Origin: an uncultured virus (IMG/VR IMGVR_UViG_3300046822_000192)
Taxonomy: Duplodnaviria > Heunggongvirae > Uroviricota > Caudoviricetes
Virus record (IMG/VR): IMGVR_UViG_3300046822_000192
Reading direction: 5' to 3' (one strand)
Length of the DNA stretch: 64,000 nucleotides
A model generated the notes under the pieces. That model saw only the letters and a list, made by a program, of their open reading frames with translations, did not search any database and had not been told where the DNA came from. Both the position numbers and the translations under genes were made by a program. Shown in pieces: positions 50,905 to 57,946 of the stretch (the stretch's first letter is position 1; each line of letters opens with the position of its first letter).

Positions 50905-51339
50905 TTAGATAACCCTCGCTCTGAATCGAATTCCGGCTGTGGTCGTACCGGCTACTGTTGCGTTTGCAGCTTCATCAGCCTGCGCCACGTAGTAGTTGGT
51001 GCTAGTCTGCGCTGTTAGCGTACCGTCACCAGCAGACATCAGGAACGCGCCACGTGAAACGTTCTGACCGGATGCCAGGAATGCCCAAACGATCGTACCC
51101 TGCGGGCAGTCCGCGTAAACCACACGATCACCAGATGCGTAAGCCGTTGAGACTCCGCCTCCCTGAAAGTCCGTCTCAAGTGCAAACAGCCGAGCCGCCG
51201 CACCACCTGACGTTGCGTGCTTCTGGACGCGTCCTGTTGAAGAGTTGAATTCAAGCAAGTGTCCTGGACTCAGGATAGCGTTACCCTTATCCTCTCGGAC
51301 TACAAATGCTTCGCCGCGAAGAATGACTGTGTTCGGCAT
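50905..51339 (-). CDS. Capsid decoration/cement protein
   Basis: Between protease and MCP; PGHL, YASGDRV, LMSAGDGTL. Confidence 0.75.
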   Translation of the reverse strand: MPNTVILRGEAFVVREDKGNAILSPGHLLEFNSSTGRVQKHATSGGAAARLFALETDFQGGGVSTAYASGDRVVYADCPQGTIVWAFLASGQNVSRGAFLMSAGDGTLTAQTSTNYYVAQADEAANATVAGTTTAGIRFRARVI

Positions 51340-51341
51340 GA

Positions 51342-53510
51342 TTAGTTAGTACCTCTCTGTGCGTTCTTGCTGGTCTGAACTGCAAAGTCCACACCCTTAA
51401 CTCCGGGCTTTGCCAAGAGAATAGTCGGAGCAATTGCAATCTCTTCAGCATTTTCAATGCGTGCGCCAGCGGCGACACGGAAAGGCGAAGTGGTATTCGG
51501 TACCAACATTGCCAAGGTCTTATCGAGCGATGCTTCGCTGAAAGCTGCAAGCTCTTCCTGCGTGAAAGTGTTACCGTTCACAGCCAGGATCTGTGTGATC
51601 TTGTTTGCACGAGTCGCCTTCTGCGCATTCGTCACACTCTTAACTGATGCAAGCTCTTCCTCGGACAGACCGAGAGTGGCCATCATCACTTCTTTTGTAA
51701 TAGTTGGCGCAACCGGGGCTACGACTGCTGCAACATTCTGCACTGGGGCCGTTACCGGAGCTGCAACTGCAGGATCTGCTACCACAGCCAAGTCGAGCAA
51801 TTCGAGATCTGCATCGGCCATAGCCGTCAGTTGAACACGGTGAGCTTCGGTGAACTTGTTCTTGTTCGAAGCGATCAGCCCGTCAACCTTAATTTTCTTC
51901 TGCTCTGGAGTCATGTTGTTAAGAACCTCTTTCGAATCGTCAGACTTAATTATTCCTAAAGTCTGCAGAATTTCTTTGATCTTCACCGTCAGCGACTTTG
52001 CGCAAGGTGCACAAGTACCAGTTCCTGACTGCTCGATTTCATGATTATCGGGTATGGTCACGCCTGTGCCATCATTTGTTGCAACTATTTTCTTAGCTGC
52101 ATTCGCTGCCATTGCCATATCACCCTCACCGGCATCGTCGATATCAGGCGCGTCATAGCGAGCGTCACAGTTATCATTACTTGCTGCCATCTGCATATCA
52201 AATGGATCAATATCCAGAATTGCTGCCCAGATAGCTAGCCACTGTCGCGGAACAAAATCAATCTTACCGGCAACAATCTGAGACATAGTAGCGGCATCGA
52301 TATCGGCTGCCTGCGCGAGATCTGCGATTGTTTCATCAGAGCCGGTTTCGTTGGCGTAGCACTCTAAAGCACCCTGAAGGACTGCTGCGAGCTGTGAGCC
52401 ATTTACCTTGATACCAACAGCCTGATTATTTTTTGTATCCATTTGAAATTCAGACTTGAGAAGTGCACGCGCTTCATTTTGAGCCGATGTAATTGCACTT
52501 GCCGGGATACTTGCCTGAGATCCTCTACCGCTAATAACTGCGAGTAGGGCACCCTTATTCAATTTTCCAGTGCCAGGATTAACTACAGGGAAAAAAATAA
52601 GATCGCGGAGAGTCGTAGCACTAGCTTCCCCAAGAAGAGTTTTGGAAGCAATCCACTTCTTCATACCATCAGAGGCATCATTGATTGAACTGGGAACACT
52701 GTCCGAAGAGTTAGTTGACTTGATGTATGCACGCGCATAAGCACCAAAGCTCTTATCTACAGCTCCCCATGATGACGTTTCGGTACCACTAAAAGAAGGG
52801 TGACGTGCCTTGGATGCAACATTGTAAGTAACAGCGGCTGTAGCCATAGTGTTCAAATTTACAGCATAGTCATCCGTTTGTTGATTTATTCTCGGAGCAC
52901 CGCAGCCATCTTTCCAGCTACATGCCCCTTCATCGTTCGGGAGAAGAGCTAAATGATCCGGCTTAAGTTGGACTTGCACACCGGTATACTTCTCTTCTGC
53001 ACCGGTACGAGGATTGATAAATACACCCTTCGTATTGTCTACAAAAGTGTAATAGCCGGTAGAAACTTCAAGAGGTTGCCCGGCTTGAAGTAGCTGTACG
53101 ACCTTACTCCCGCCAGGAACAGTCTCAGCTTTAACTAAATCAATCCACAACTCGCCCGATATACCGCGAATATCCTCACGCGCCTGTACATTGAACAAGA
53201 AACCGACCACAGAACTTTCCATGACTGTAGGACTGCCAGCCGTAACAGGTTCGTTATTGGCATCCATCGGATGAGTAACAGGTAATGGACGCCCATTCCA
53301 AATATCGGCATAAGGGCTAACTAACTCTTCGTAAGATACATACTCGCCATTGTGCACACCTTCGACTATCGGTGTGACAGGTGCGACTAGATAATCTTTT
53401 CCATCCAATTTCTCTGTACGTATGAGATCTTGTCGTCCTTCAAGTACGGAAAAGTTAGAATTGCGGAGTTGTGCTTTTTTGCTTGTCACTTTTTCGCTTG
53501 TCACAGCCAT
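51342..53510 (-). CDS. Prohead protease/scaffold (DUF2213 type)
   Basis: WNGRPLPVTHP, LEVSTG, PDHLALLP..GACSW.DGCG. Confidence 0.85.
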   Translation of the reverse strand: MAVTSEKVTSKKAQLRNSNFSVLEGRQDLIRTEKLDGKDYLVAPVTPIVEGVHNGEYVSYEELVSPYADIWNGRPLPVTHPMDANNEPVTAGSPTVMESSVVGFLFNVQAREDIRGISGELWIDLVKAETVPGGSKVVQLLQAGQPLEVSTGYYTFVDNTKGVFINPRTGAEEKYTGVQVQLKPDHLALLPNDEGACSWKDGCGAPRINQQTDDYAVNLNTMATAAVTYNVASKARHPSFSGTETSSWGAVDKSFGAYARAYIKSTNSSDSVPSSINDASDGMKKWIASKTLLGEASATTLRDLIFFPVVNPGTGKLNKGALLAVISGRGSQASIPASAITSAQNEARALLKSEFQMDTKNNQAVGIKVNGSQLAAVLQGALECYANETGSDETIADLAQAADIDAATMSQIVAGKIDFVPRQWLAIWAAILDIDPFDMQMAASNDNCDARYDAPDIDDAGEGDMAMAANAAKKIVATNDGTGVTIPDNHEIEQSGTGTCAPCAKSLTVKIKEILQTLGIIKSDDSKEVLNNMTPEQKKIKVDGLIASNKNKFTEAHRVQLTAMADADLELLDLAVVADPAVAAPVTAPVQNVAAVVAPVAPTITKEVMMATLGLSEEELASVKSVTNAQKATRANKITQILAVNGNTFTQEELAAFSEASLDKTLAMLVPNTTSPFRVAAGARIENAEEIAIAPTILLAKPGVKGVDFAVQTSKNAQRGTN

Positions 53511-53674
53511 AGACGATAGAGTAATATCACGCCATGTATCTGTTCAGGAGAAGTGTGAATAACAAAATTAGTTTATGCATGAAATAATCATAAAGATACT
53601 TTACGGAATACTAATTGGCTGCGGCGTGGGGATTCCGTTGTTTTTTGTCTGGTTTGTTTTTTGTGAGAGAACGT

Positions 53675-54334
53675 GTGACTGATCTCGAAGAGAAACAATT
53701 CTTACAAGCGTTACGGGCTAGAATCGTAGCAGCAGCGGATCAATCAACATACGATCATCGCCCGTTTATGATCCCGGAAGTTGTGCAGAAATTCCCGCAC
53801 ATGTCAGACGAAGAACAGTTGCAATATTCGCGGTTCAAATTGGCAGTTGCACGTATACTGCAGCCGTATACGATCTATGAAGTTGGAGTTGGCTGGGGTG
53901 TATCGGCGCAGGCATTCCTTGAAGGATATCCGGACACTAAATTCTTCGGAATAGATAACATGGCTATGGGAGTTGACCCGAATAGGGCGGTTTTATATAA
54001 TCCCTTATTACCGTGCCGGGTTGTGGACTCTGCCGATCTGGATGAATTTGTACATCCAGACGGTCCAATCGATCTCTTGCACATCGACGGCGGGCATGCA
54101 CTAGAGCATAAAGCCGATGACATGGTCCGGGCATTTAAATCAAAACCTGAATGGATTCTGATTGATGACTGTCACGACGTCATGGTAGCTGCTGGCGTCT
54201 TTGCCGGGATCTACCGCGCCGGTCGTAACGCATTATCTATGATGTACTTCGAGAATTCACACACTGGAAATCTTTTGATCCACGCCAAGCGTAGAGAACC
54301 TGAATTTCGTGGCCTGGAATGTAAACGAGTTTGA
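53675..54334 (+). CDS. Class I SAM methyltransferase (Methyltransf_24-like)
   Basis: IYEVGVGWGVS, IDLLHIDGGH, ILIDD. Confidence 0.8.
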   Translation: MTDLEEKQFLQALRARIVAAADQSTYDHRPFMIPEVVQKFPHMSDEEQLQYSRFKLAVARILQPYTIYEVGVGWGVSAQAFLEGYPDTKFFGIDNMAMGVDPNRAVLYNPLLPCRVVDSADLDEFVHPDGPIDLLHIDGGHALEHKADDMVRAFKSKPEWILIDDCHDVMVAAGVFAGIYRAGRNALSMMYFENSHTGNLLIHAKRREPEFRGLECKRV

Positions 54335-54338
54335 AACA

Positions 54339-54911
54339 ATGCATATCAGTTATTCGGCAATGGATCGCTTCCTACAGTCTCGCTGCGGGCAGCCGTGGGA
54401 TAAAGTATACTCAGAAATACGCAAACGAGATCTCTTCACATTCTGGCGTAGAATGTACCCGCACGATCACCTGCCTGTAGCCGAGAAAACCTATACAGGT
54501 GCCGATGGACATATCTACGGGTGCGGATGGCAAGGAGTCCATCGTATCGGCGGGGCTAACTGGACACGATACAGCTTTTATGTCGATCAAGCTGGCATCC
54601 TGCGTAGCCGGGCTAAATTGCGATTGGAATATAAACGGGAACAATCGGCCAAAAGAACGGCCAAATCTGTCGATAGAATACCGGCTAGCGGAAACTGCAC
54701 ATACGTTAAAGAAAATGGAATCTGGTACTTGGAAACGAAATCCGTTCTTACTTACACCTATAGACATCCGGCCATAGATCCGGTCACGGGTGAAAAAAAC
54801 TCCAAGCTGGACACTGTCGATAAGATAATCGTTAGGAAAAAACAACTCAATAAAAAGGAATTGAAACAGTTATGTCAGATGCAATTGACTGTCTCGACAC
54901 GAACGAGATAG
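54339..54911 (+). CDS. Conserved hypothetical protein
   Basis: RFLQSRCGQPWDKVYSEI...FYVD..GIL. Confidence 0.7.
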   Translation: MHISYSAMDRFLQSRCGQPWDKVYSEIRKRDLFTFWRRMYPHDHLPVAEKTYTGADGHIYGCGWQGVHRIGGANWTRYSFYVDQAGILRSRAKLRLEYKREQSAKRTAKSVDRIPASGNCTYVKENGIWYLETKSVLTYTYRHPAIDPVTGEKNSKLDTVDKIIVRKKQLNKKELKQLCQMQLTVSTRTR

Positions 54912-55060
54912 TATGCCCATACTGCGGCTATGAATTTTCCGAATCATGGACATACTTTGAGTCCTCTGGTAATGAAGAAAAAATACAATGTCCAGAATGC
55001 GATCAAAAATTTACTTGTTCGCCAGACTACACTGTGACATACTACTCTCGTAAGTTATAA
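54872..55060 (+). CDS. Zn-ribbon protein
   Basis: CPYCG...CPEC. Confidence 0.75.
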   Translation: MSDAIDCLDTNEIVCPYCGYEFSESWTYFESSGNEEKIQCPECDQKFTCSPDYTVTYYSRKL

Positions 55061-55062
55061 AC

Positions 55063-55140
55063 GGGCGTGAGAATGGCTTCGACGGCAAGTAAGCCCTACA
55101 AGGAACTTGTCGGACGCGGGATCGATACCCGCCACGTCCA
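55063..55140 (+). ncRNA. Mini-tmRNA: tRNA-like domain only, no tag ORF
   Basis: Acceptor GGGCGTG/CACGTCC with G3.U70 and A73; stemless D-loop AGAATGGCTTCGAC; helix GGCAAGT/ACTTGTC; GGAC; T-arm GCGGG-ATCGATA-CCCGC. Confidence 0.85.
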
Positions 55141-55145
55141 CTTTT

Positions 55146-55259
55146 ATGATTGTCAAAGTCTATATGAGATCAGCAGATGATTGGAGTTACGAAGAATGGA
55201 TGGCAGCACAAACTCAAGAAGATCTTAATGAGGAAGATGAGCCAGGAACCTGCTTTTAA
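55146..55259 (+). CDS. 37-aa acidic peptide (MIVKVYMRSADDWSYEEW...)
   Basis: Short ORF; first 6 codons identical to the 55390 gene. Confidence 0.4.
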   Translation: MIVKVYMRSADDWSYEEWMAAQTQEDLNEEDEPGTCF

Positions 55260-55389
55260 AGGCATCTTAAATCACTTTATCTGCTTTTGAAAGCACTAAC
55301 GCTAATGGGCGAAACCTCATGACCACCTCACTCGTTGTTATGAGGCTGGTAGGCAGCGTGTACTTACCGGACCGGCTCAGGTAGGAAAT

Positions 55390-55779
55390 ATGATTGTCAA
55401 AGTCTATCGTAATCTCAAACACGGACGGTCGGCAGCCCCGCTGTATTCAGTATTATACAAAGGAAAAGTGATTGCCAGGAAACACAGAGTCCTACTCCGT
55501 GATGCGCATTTCATTGTCAATGAAGCTGGTAGGCGGCGTGTACTCGAAAGCGGACATAAAAATGTGCATGCTTTTGTCGTCGGAACCTTAACAAATGAAC
55601 ATGGATGTTTCGGTATAGATGCCGATGGAAATGATTTTAGAATGCGCGTAACTTACGACCCGCGAAAAGGCCCGCACTTCGTTACAGCAACGGCTCCGGT
55701 AGGAAGAATTGTAAAAAGTGCTCTCGGCGTACTGCTGAATGAGCGTGGTATCAGCGCCTGCTATCTGGAAACTGCTTGA
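55390..55779 (+). CDS. Conserved phage hypothetical protein
   Basis: VYRNL...VNEAGRRRVL..GHKNVHAFVVG...VTYDP; AGGA RBS. Confidence 0.8.
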   Translation: MIVKVYRNLKHGRSAAPLYSVLYKGKVIARKHRVLLRDAHFIVNEAGRRRVLESGHKNVHAFVVGTLTNEHGCFGIDADGNDFRMRVTYDPRKGPHFVTATAPVGRIVKSALGVLLNERGISACYLETA

Positions 55780-55979
55780 AATATATAAATCTGACAGTAC
55801 GCGATAATCTTCCAGAATCTAGCGTAGATGTCTACGATACAGATACAAAAGAGCTATTACGCAGATATCCTTTACATCTTATCCATTCTGGGTACTGGCA
55901 CGCTACACAGAACGACCTTGCTCGACTCGCCTCGGTACGTATACCAGACCGGCTCAACGAATGCAAACTCTGGTGCTGA
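55776..55979 (+). CDS. Hypothetical protein
   Basis: Overlaps upstream stop. Confidence 0.45.
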   Translation: MKYINLTVRDNLPESSVDVYDTDTKELLRRYPLHLIHSGYWHATQNDLARLASVRIPDRLNECKLWC

Positions 55980-55989
55980 AAATTTCTTG

Positions 55990-56017
55990 TTGACTTTGCC
56001 GGACGTTGTGGTATAGT
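55990..56017 (+). promoter_or_regulatory. sigma70-type promoter of leader + tRNA operon
   Basis: TTGACT-16-TATAGT with extended TG. Confidence 0.7.
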
Positions 56018-56148
56018 TCTTATCAATGCAGCAAACAAGCTGCAGAAACTTAAGCGTAAAAACGTCGCTATCAATGGCGTATTGGGTAAGGGCGGCACCG
56101 GCATATTTCCGGCCCGCCCGAACCGCTTAAGTTTGAAAAAGAGACGAT

Positions 56149-56274
56149 ATGAAGAACACATCTACAATTCGAACAGCAAGACTTCAGTCGTCACAGCTCC
56201 ATTCCTATCCACAGCACCCGCTGTTGCCTTGCTCGCAAAGCTGGCTGAGTTTACCTCAGTCCTTTAGCCTGTAA
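56149..56274 (+). CDS. Putative leader (attenuator) peptide of the tRNA operon
   Basis: MKNTSTIRTARLQSSQLHSYPQHPLLPCSQSWLSLPQSFSL; last 30 codons use only amino acids served by the array. Confidence 0.85.
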   Translation: MKNTSTIRTARLQSSQLHSYPQHPLLPCSQSWLSLPQSFSL

Positions 56275-56313
56275 GGCTAGCCTGCAAATCGGGCATATTC
56301 AAATTTAAATCAC

Positions 56314-56387
56314 GCTCCAGTAGTCCAATTGGCAGAGGCGTCTCATTCAAAATGAGAATGTTGGGGGTTCGAATCCCTTCTGGAGTA
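56314..56387 (+). tRNA. trnL: tRNA-Leu(CAA), short variable loop
   Basis: TCTCA-TTCAAAA-TGAGA; 5-nt V loop; A73. Confidence 0.85.
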
Positions 56388-56398
56388 TTAATTAGTTC

Positions 56399-56474
56399 CG
56401 GGCAGTAGCTCCAAATTTGGTAGAGCGGCAGATTGAAACCCTGCGCGTTGCTGGTTCGAGTCCAGCCTGCTCGA
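56399..56474 (+). tRNA. trnF: tRNA-Phe(GAA)
   Basis: Loop TTGAAAC; acceptor CGGGCAG/CTGCTCG. Confidence 0.85.
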
Positions 56475-56478
56475 CTTT

Positions 56479-56565
56479 GTCCTAGTAGACCCGTACGGCG
56501 CGGGGGCGCACTGTAAATGCGTTGTCCCTTTGTGGACCCAGTCGGTTCGATTCTGACCTAGGGCA
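56479..56565 (+). tRNA. trnY: tRNA-Tyr(GTA)
   Basis: GCGCA-CTGTAAA-TGCGT; long V arm. Confidence 0.9.
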
Positions 56566-56569
56566 CTTT

Positions 56570-56654
56570 GGAGAGTCCGGCATTGGTGCGCCAAGCACGT
56601 TGGAAGCGTGTGGCCGACTAAACTCGGTTAGAGATTCAATTTCTCTACTCTCCG
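56570..56654 (+). tRNA. trnS: tRNA-Ser(GGA)
   Basis: GCACG-TTGGAAG-CGTGT; long V arm; G73. Confidence 0.9.
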
Positions 56655-56657
56655 CTT

Positions 56658-56739
56658 GGTAACGCAGCCATTGGTGAAGCAAATTGTTTCGAAAACAGTG
56701 CTCCTCCGGGAGTTTAGAGTTCAAATCTCTACGTTACCG
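56658..56739 (+). tRNA. trnS: tRNA-Ser(CGA)
   Basis: ATTGT-TTCGAAA-ACAGT; long V arm; G73. Confidence 0.9.
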
Positions 56740-56828
56740 CTGCCCTTAATGGGACATGCACTCGTATCCTGTACCATCCGTATCCGCAAGGTCTGATGGT
56801 TGTGCCGGGAAAAAGCAGTGATATTTGA

Positions 56829-56916
56829 TGCCACGTGGCGGAATTGGCCCAACGCTCGCAGTACGTAACTGCGCAACCGATATATCGGTATGAAGTTTCG
56901 AACACTTCCGTGGCAA
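56829..56916 (+). tRNA. Atypical class II tRNA, identity undetermined (loop TACGTAA)
   Basis: TGCCACG/CGTGGCA; CGCAG-TACGTAA-CTGCG; long V arm; GAAGT-TTCGAAC-ACTTC. Confidence 0.75.
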
Positions 56917-56922
56917 GTTTTT

Positions 56923-57011
56923 GGAAGCATGGCTGAACGGCTAAAGCACCGGCTTTGAATACCGGCGAGACGTTGAGAGACGTCGTACGAGTTCGAATCT
57001 CGTTGCTTCCT
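56923..57011 (+). tRNA. trnS: tRNA-Ser(TGA)
   Basis: Loop TTTGAAT; long V arm; U73. Confidence 0.9.
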
Positions 57012-57015
57012 CTCT

Positions 57016-57100
57016 GGCCTTGTGGTGAAATTGGCAAACGCAGCAGCTTCAGAGGCTGCCGCTCATTACGAGCTTAAGGGTTCGATTCCCTTCAGGGCCA
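57016..57100 (+). tRNA. trnL: tRNA-Leu(CAG)
   Basis: GCAGC-TTCAGAG-GCTGC. Confidence 0.92.
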
Positions 57101-57103
57101 CTT

Positions 57104-57185
57104 GCTCTCATGCTGGAAATGGCAGACAGCTACGCCTGAGAAGCGTAGGTCGAGAGACGTAAGGGTTCGATTCCCTTTGAGAGCA
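57104..57185 (+). tRNA. trnL: tRNA-Leu(GAG)
   Basis: TACGC-CTGAGAA-GCGTA. Confidence 0.92.
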
Positions 57186-57190
57186 CTCAC

Positions 57191-57273
57191 GGTCCTGTGG
57201 CGGAATTAGGCAGACGCGCCAGACTTAGAATCTGGTGCCTTCGGGTGTGAGGGTTCGATTCCCTCCGGGACTA
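57191..57273 (+). tRNA. trnL: tRNA-Leu(TAG)
   Basis: CCAGA-CTTAGAA-TCTGG. Confidence 0.92.
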
Positions 57274-57276
57274 CTT

Positions 57277-57349
57277 GTACGGTTGCCGGAATGGTTAACG
57301 GGCTGGTCTGCAAAACCAGCTTCTAAGGGTTCGATCCCCTTACCGTACT
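57277..57349 (+). tRNA. trnC: tRNA-Cys(GCA)
   Basis: CTGGT-CTGCAAA-ACCAG; U73. Confidence 0.92.
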
Positions 57350-57352
57350 CTT

Positions 57353-57424
57353 AGGCGTGTAGTTCAGCGGCAGAACGGTTGCCTTTGAAGCAACTAGTCA
57401 TCGGTTCGAGTCCGATCGCGCCTT
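57353..57424 (+). tRNA. trnQ: tRNA-Gln(TTG)
   Basis: GTTGC-CTTTGAA-GCAAC. Confidence 0.9.
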
Positions 57425-57428
57425 CTTT

Positions 57429-57517
57429 ACGGACGTGGCTGAGTGGTCGAAAGCTCCGGATTCCAAACCCGGATGACTGTAATAGTCGCATCGTGTGTCC
57501 GAATCACACCGTCCGTG
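57429..57517 (+). tRNA. trnW: tRNA-Trp(CCA) with long variable arm
   Basis: Loop TTCCAAA; A1-U72, G73; 20-nt V region; T-loop TCCGAAT. Confidence 0.8.
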
Positions 57518-57522
57518 CTTAT

Positions 57523-57595
57523 GCCGAGGTAGCCTTAATGGTAGAGGTGGCGCACTGTGAATGCGTCTGTCAGAGTTCGAATCTCTGTCTCGGTA
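57523..57595 (+). tRNA. trnH: tRNA-His(GTG), no G-1, A73
   Basis: GCGCA-CTGTGAA-TGCGT. Confidence 0.9.
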
Positions 57596-57599
57596 CTTC

Positions 57600-57687
57600 G
57601 GAAGAGTGTCCGGAATTTGGTCAACGGACCTGACTGCTAATCAGGCGACGAGTAATCGTCATGGAGGTTCGAGTCCTCTCTCTTCCG
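57600..57687 (+). tRNA. trnS: tRNA-Ser(GCT)
   Basis: CCTGA-CTGCTAA-TCAGG; long V arm; G73. Confidence 0.92.
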
Positions 57688-57695
57688 CTTTTAAT

Positions 57696-57780
57696 GCCCT
57701 TGTGGTGGAATTTGGTAGACGCGGTCGGCTTAAACCCGGCTATCCTTCGGGATATCACGGTTCGAATCCGTGCAGGGGCA
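57696..57780 (+). tRNA. trnL: tRNA-Leu(TAA)
   Basis: GTCGG-CTTAAAC-CCGGC. Confidence 0.92.
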
Positions 57781-57785
57781 CTCAT

Positions 57786-57861
57786 CGTGACGTATAGAAG
57801 TCTGGTTTTTCTAACCGGTCCTGGAAACCGGCAAGCGCAGGTTCGAATCCTGCCGTCACGA
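57786..57861 (+). tRNA. trnP: tRNA-Pro(TGG), C33 and A37
   Basis: CCGGT-CCTGGAA-ACCGG; C1-G72, A73. Confidence 0.85.
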
Positions 57862-57866
57862 CTTAT

Positions 57867-57942
57867 AGCGTAGTGCGGAAGTCTGGTCATCCTTCCTGCT
57901 TCGGAAGCAGGCAATTCGTGGGTTCAAATCCCACCTACGCTA
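57867..57942 (+). tRNA. trnP: tRNA-Pro(CGG)
   Basis: CCTGC-TTCGGAA-GCAGG. Confidence 0.88.
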
Positions 57943-57946
57943 CTAT

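Noticed and set aside
55063..55259. Permuted two-piece tmRNA with the downstream peptide as tag
   Set aside because: The TLD halves are in standard order and joined directly; the peptide lacks an Ala-rich degron end.
55260..55389. Hammerhead or HDV-like ribozyme (GCTAATGGG, CGAAAC)
   Set aside because: No CUGANGA core or UH site, and I could not build the nested double pseudoknot.
55331..55545. DGR template/variable repeat pair
   Set aside because: Too short, differences are not adenine-specific, includes an indel, and no reverse transcriptase is present.
56082..56267. 61-aa ORF in the track as the leader peptide
   Set aside because: TTG start, unremarkable composition; the ATG frame at 56149 carries the codon signal.
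56741..56828. tRNA-associated theta ribozyme or SRP RNA
   Set aside because: Could not assign P1/P1.1/J4/2, and the SRP helix 8 motif is absent; kept only as an unexplained structure.
56388..57914. ORF-track ORFs overlapping the tRNA array
   Set aside because: They overlap well-formed cloverleafs and show no protein motifs.
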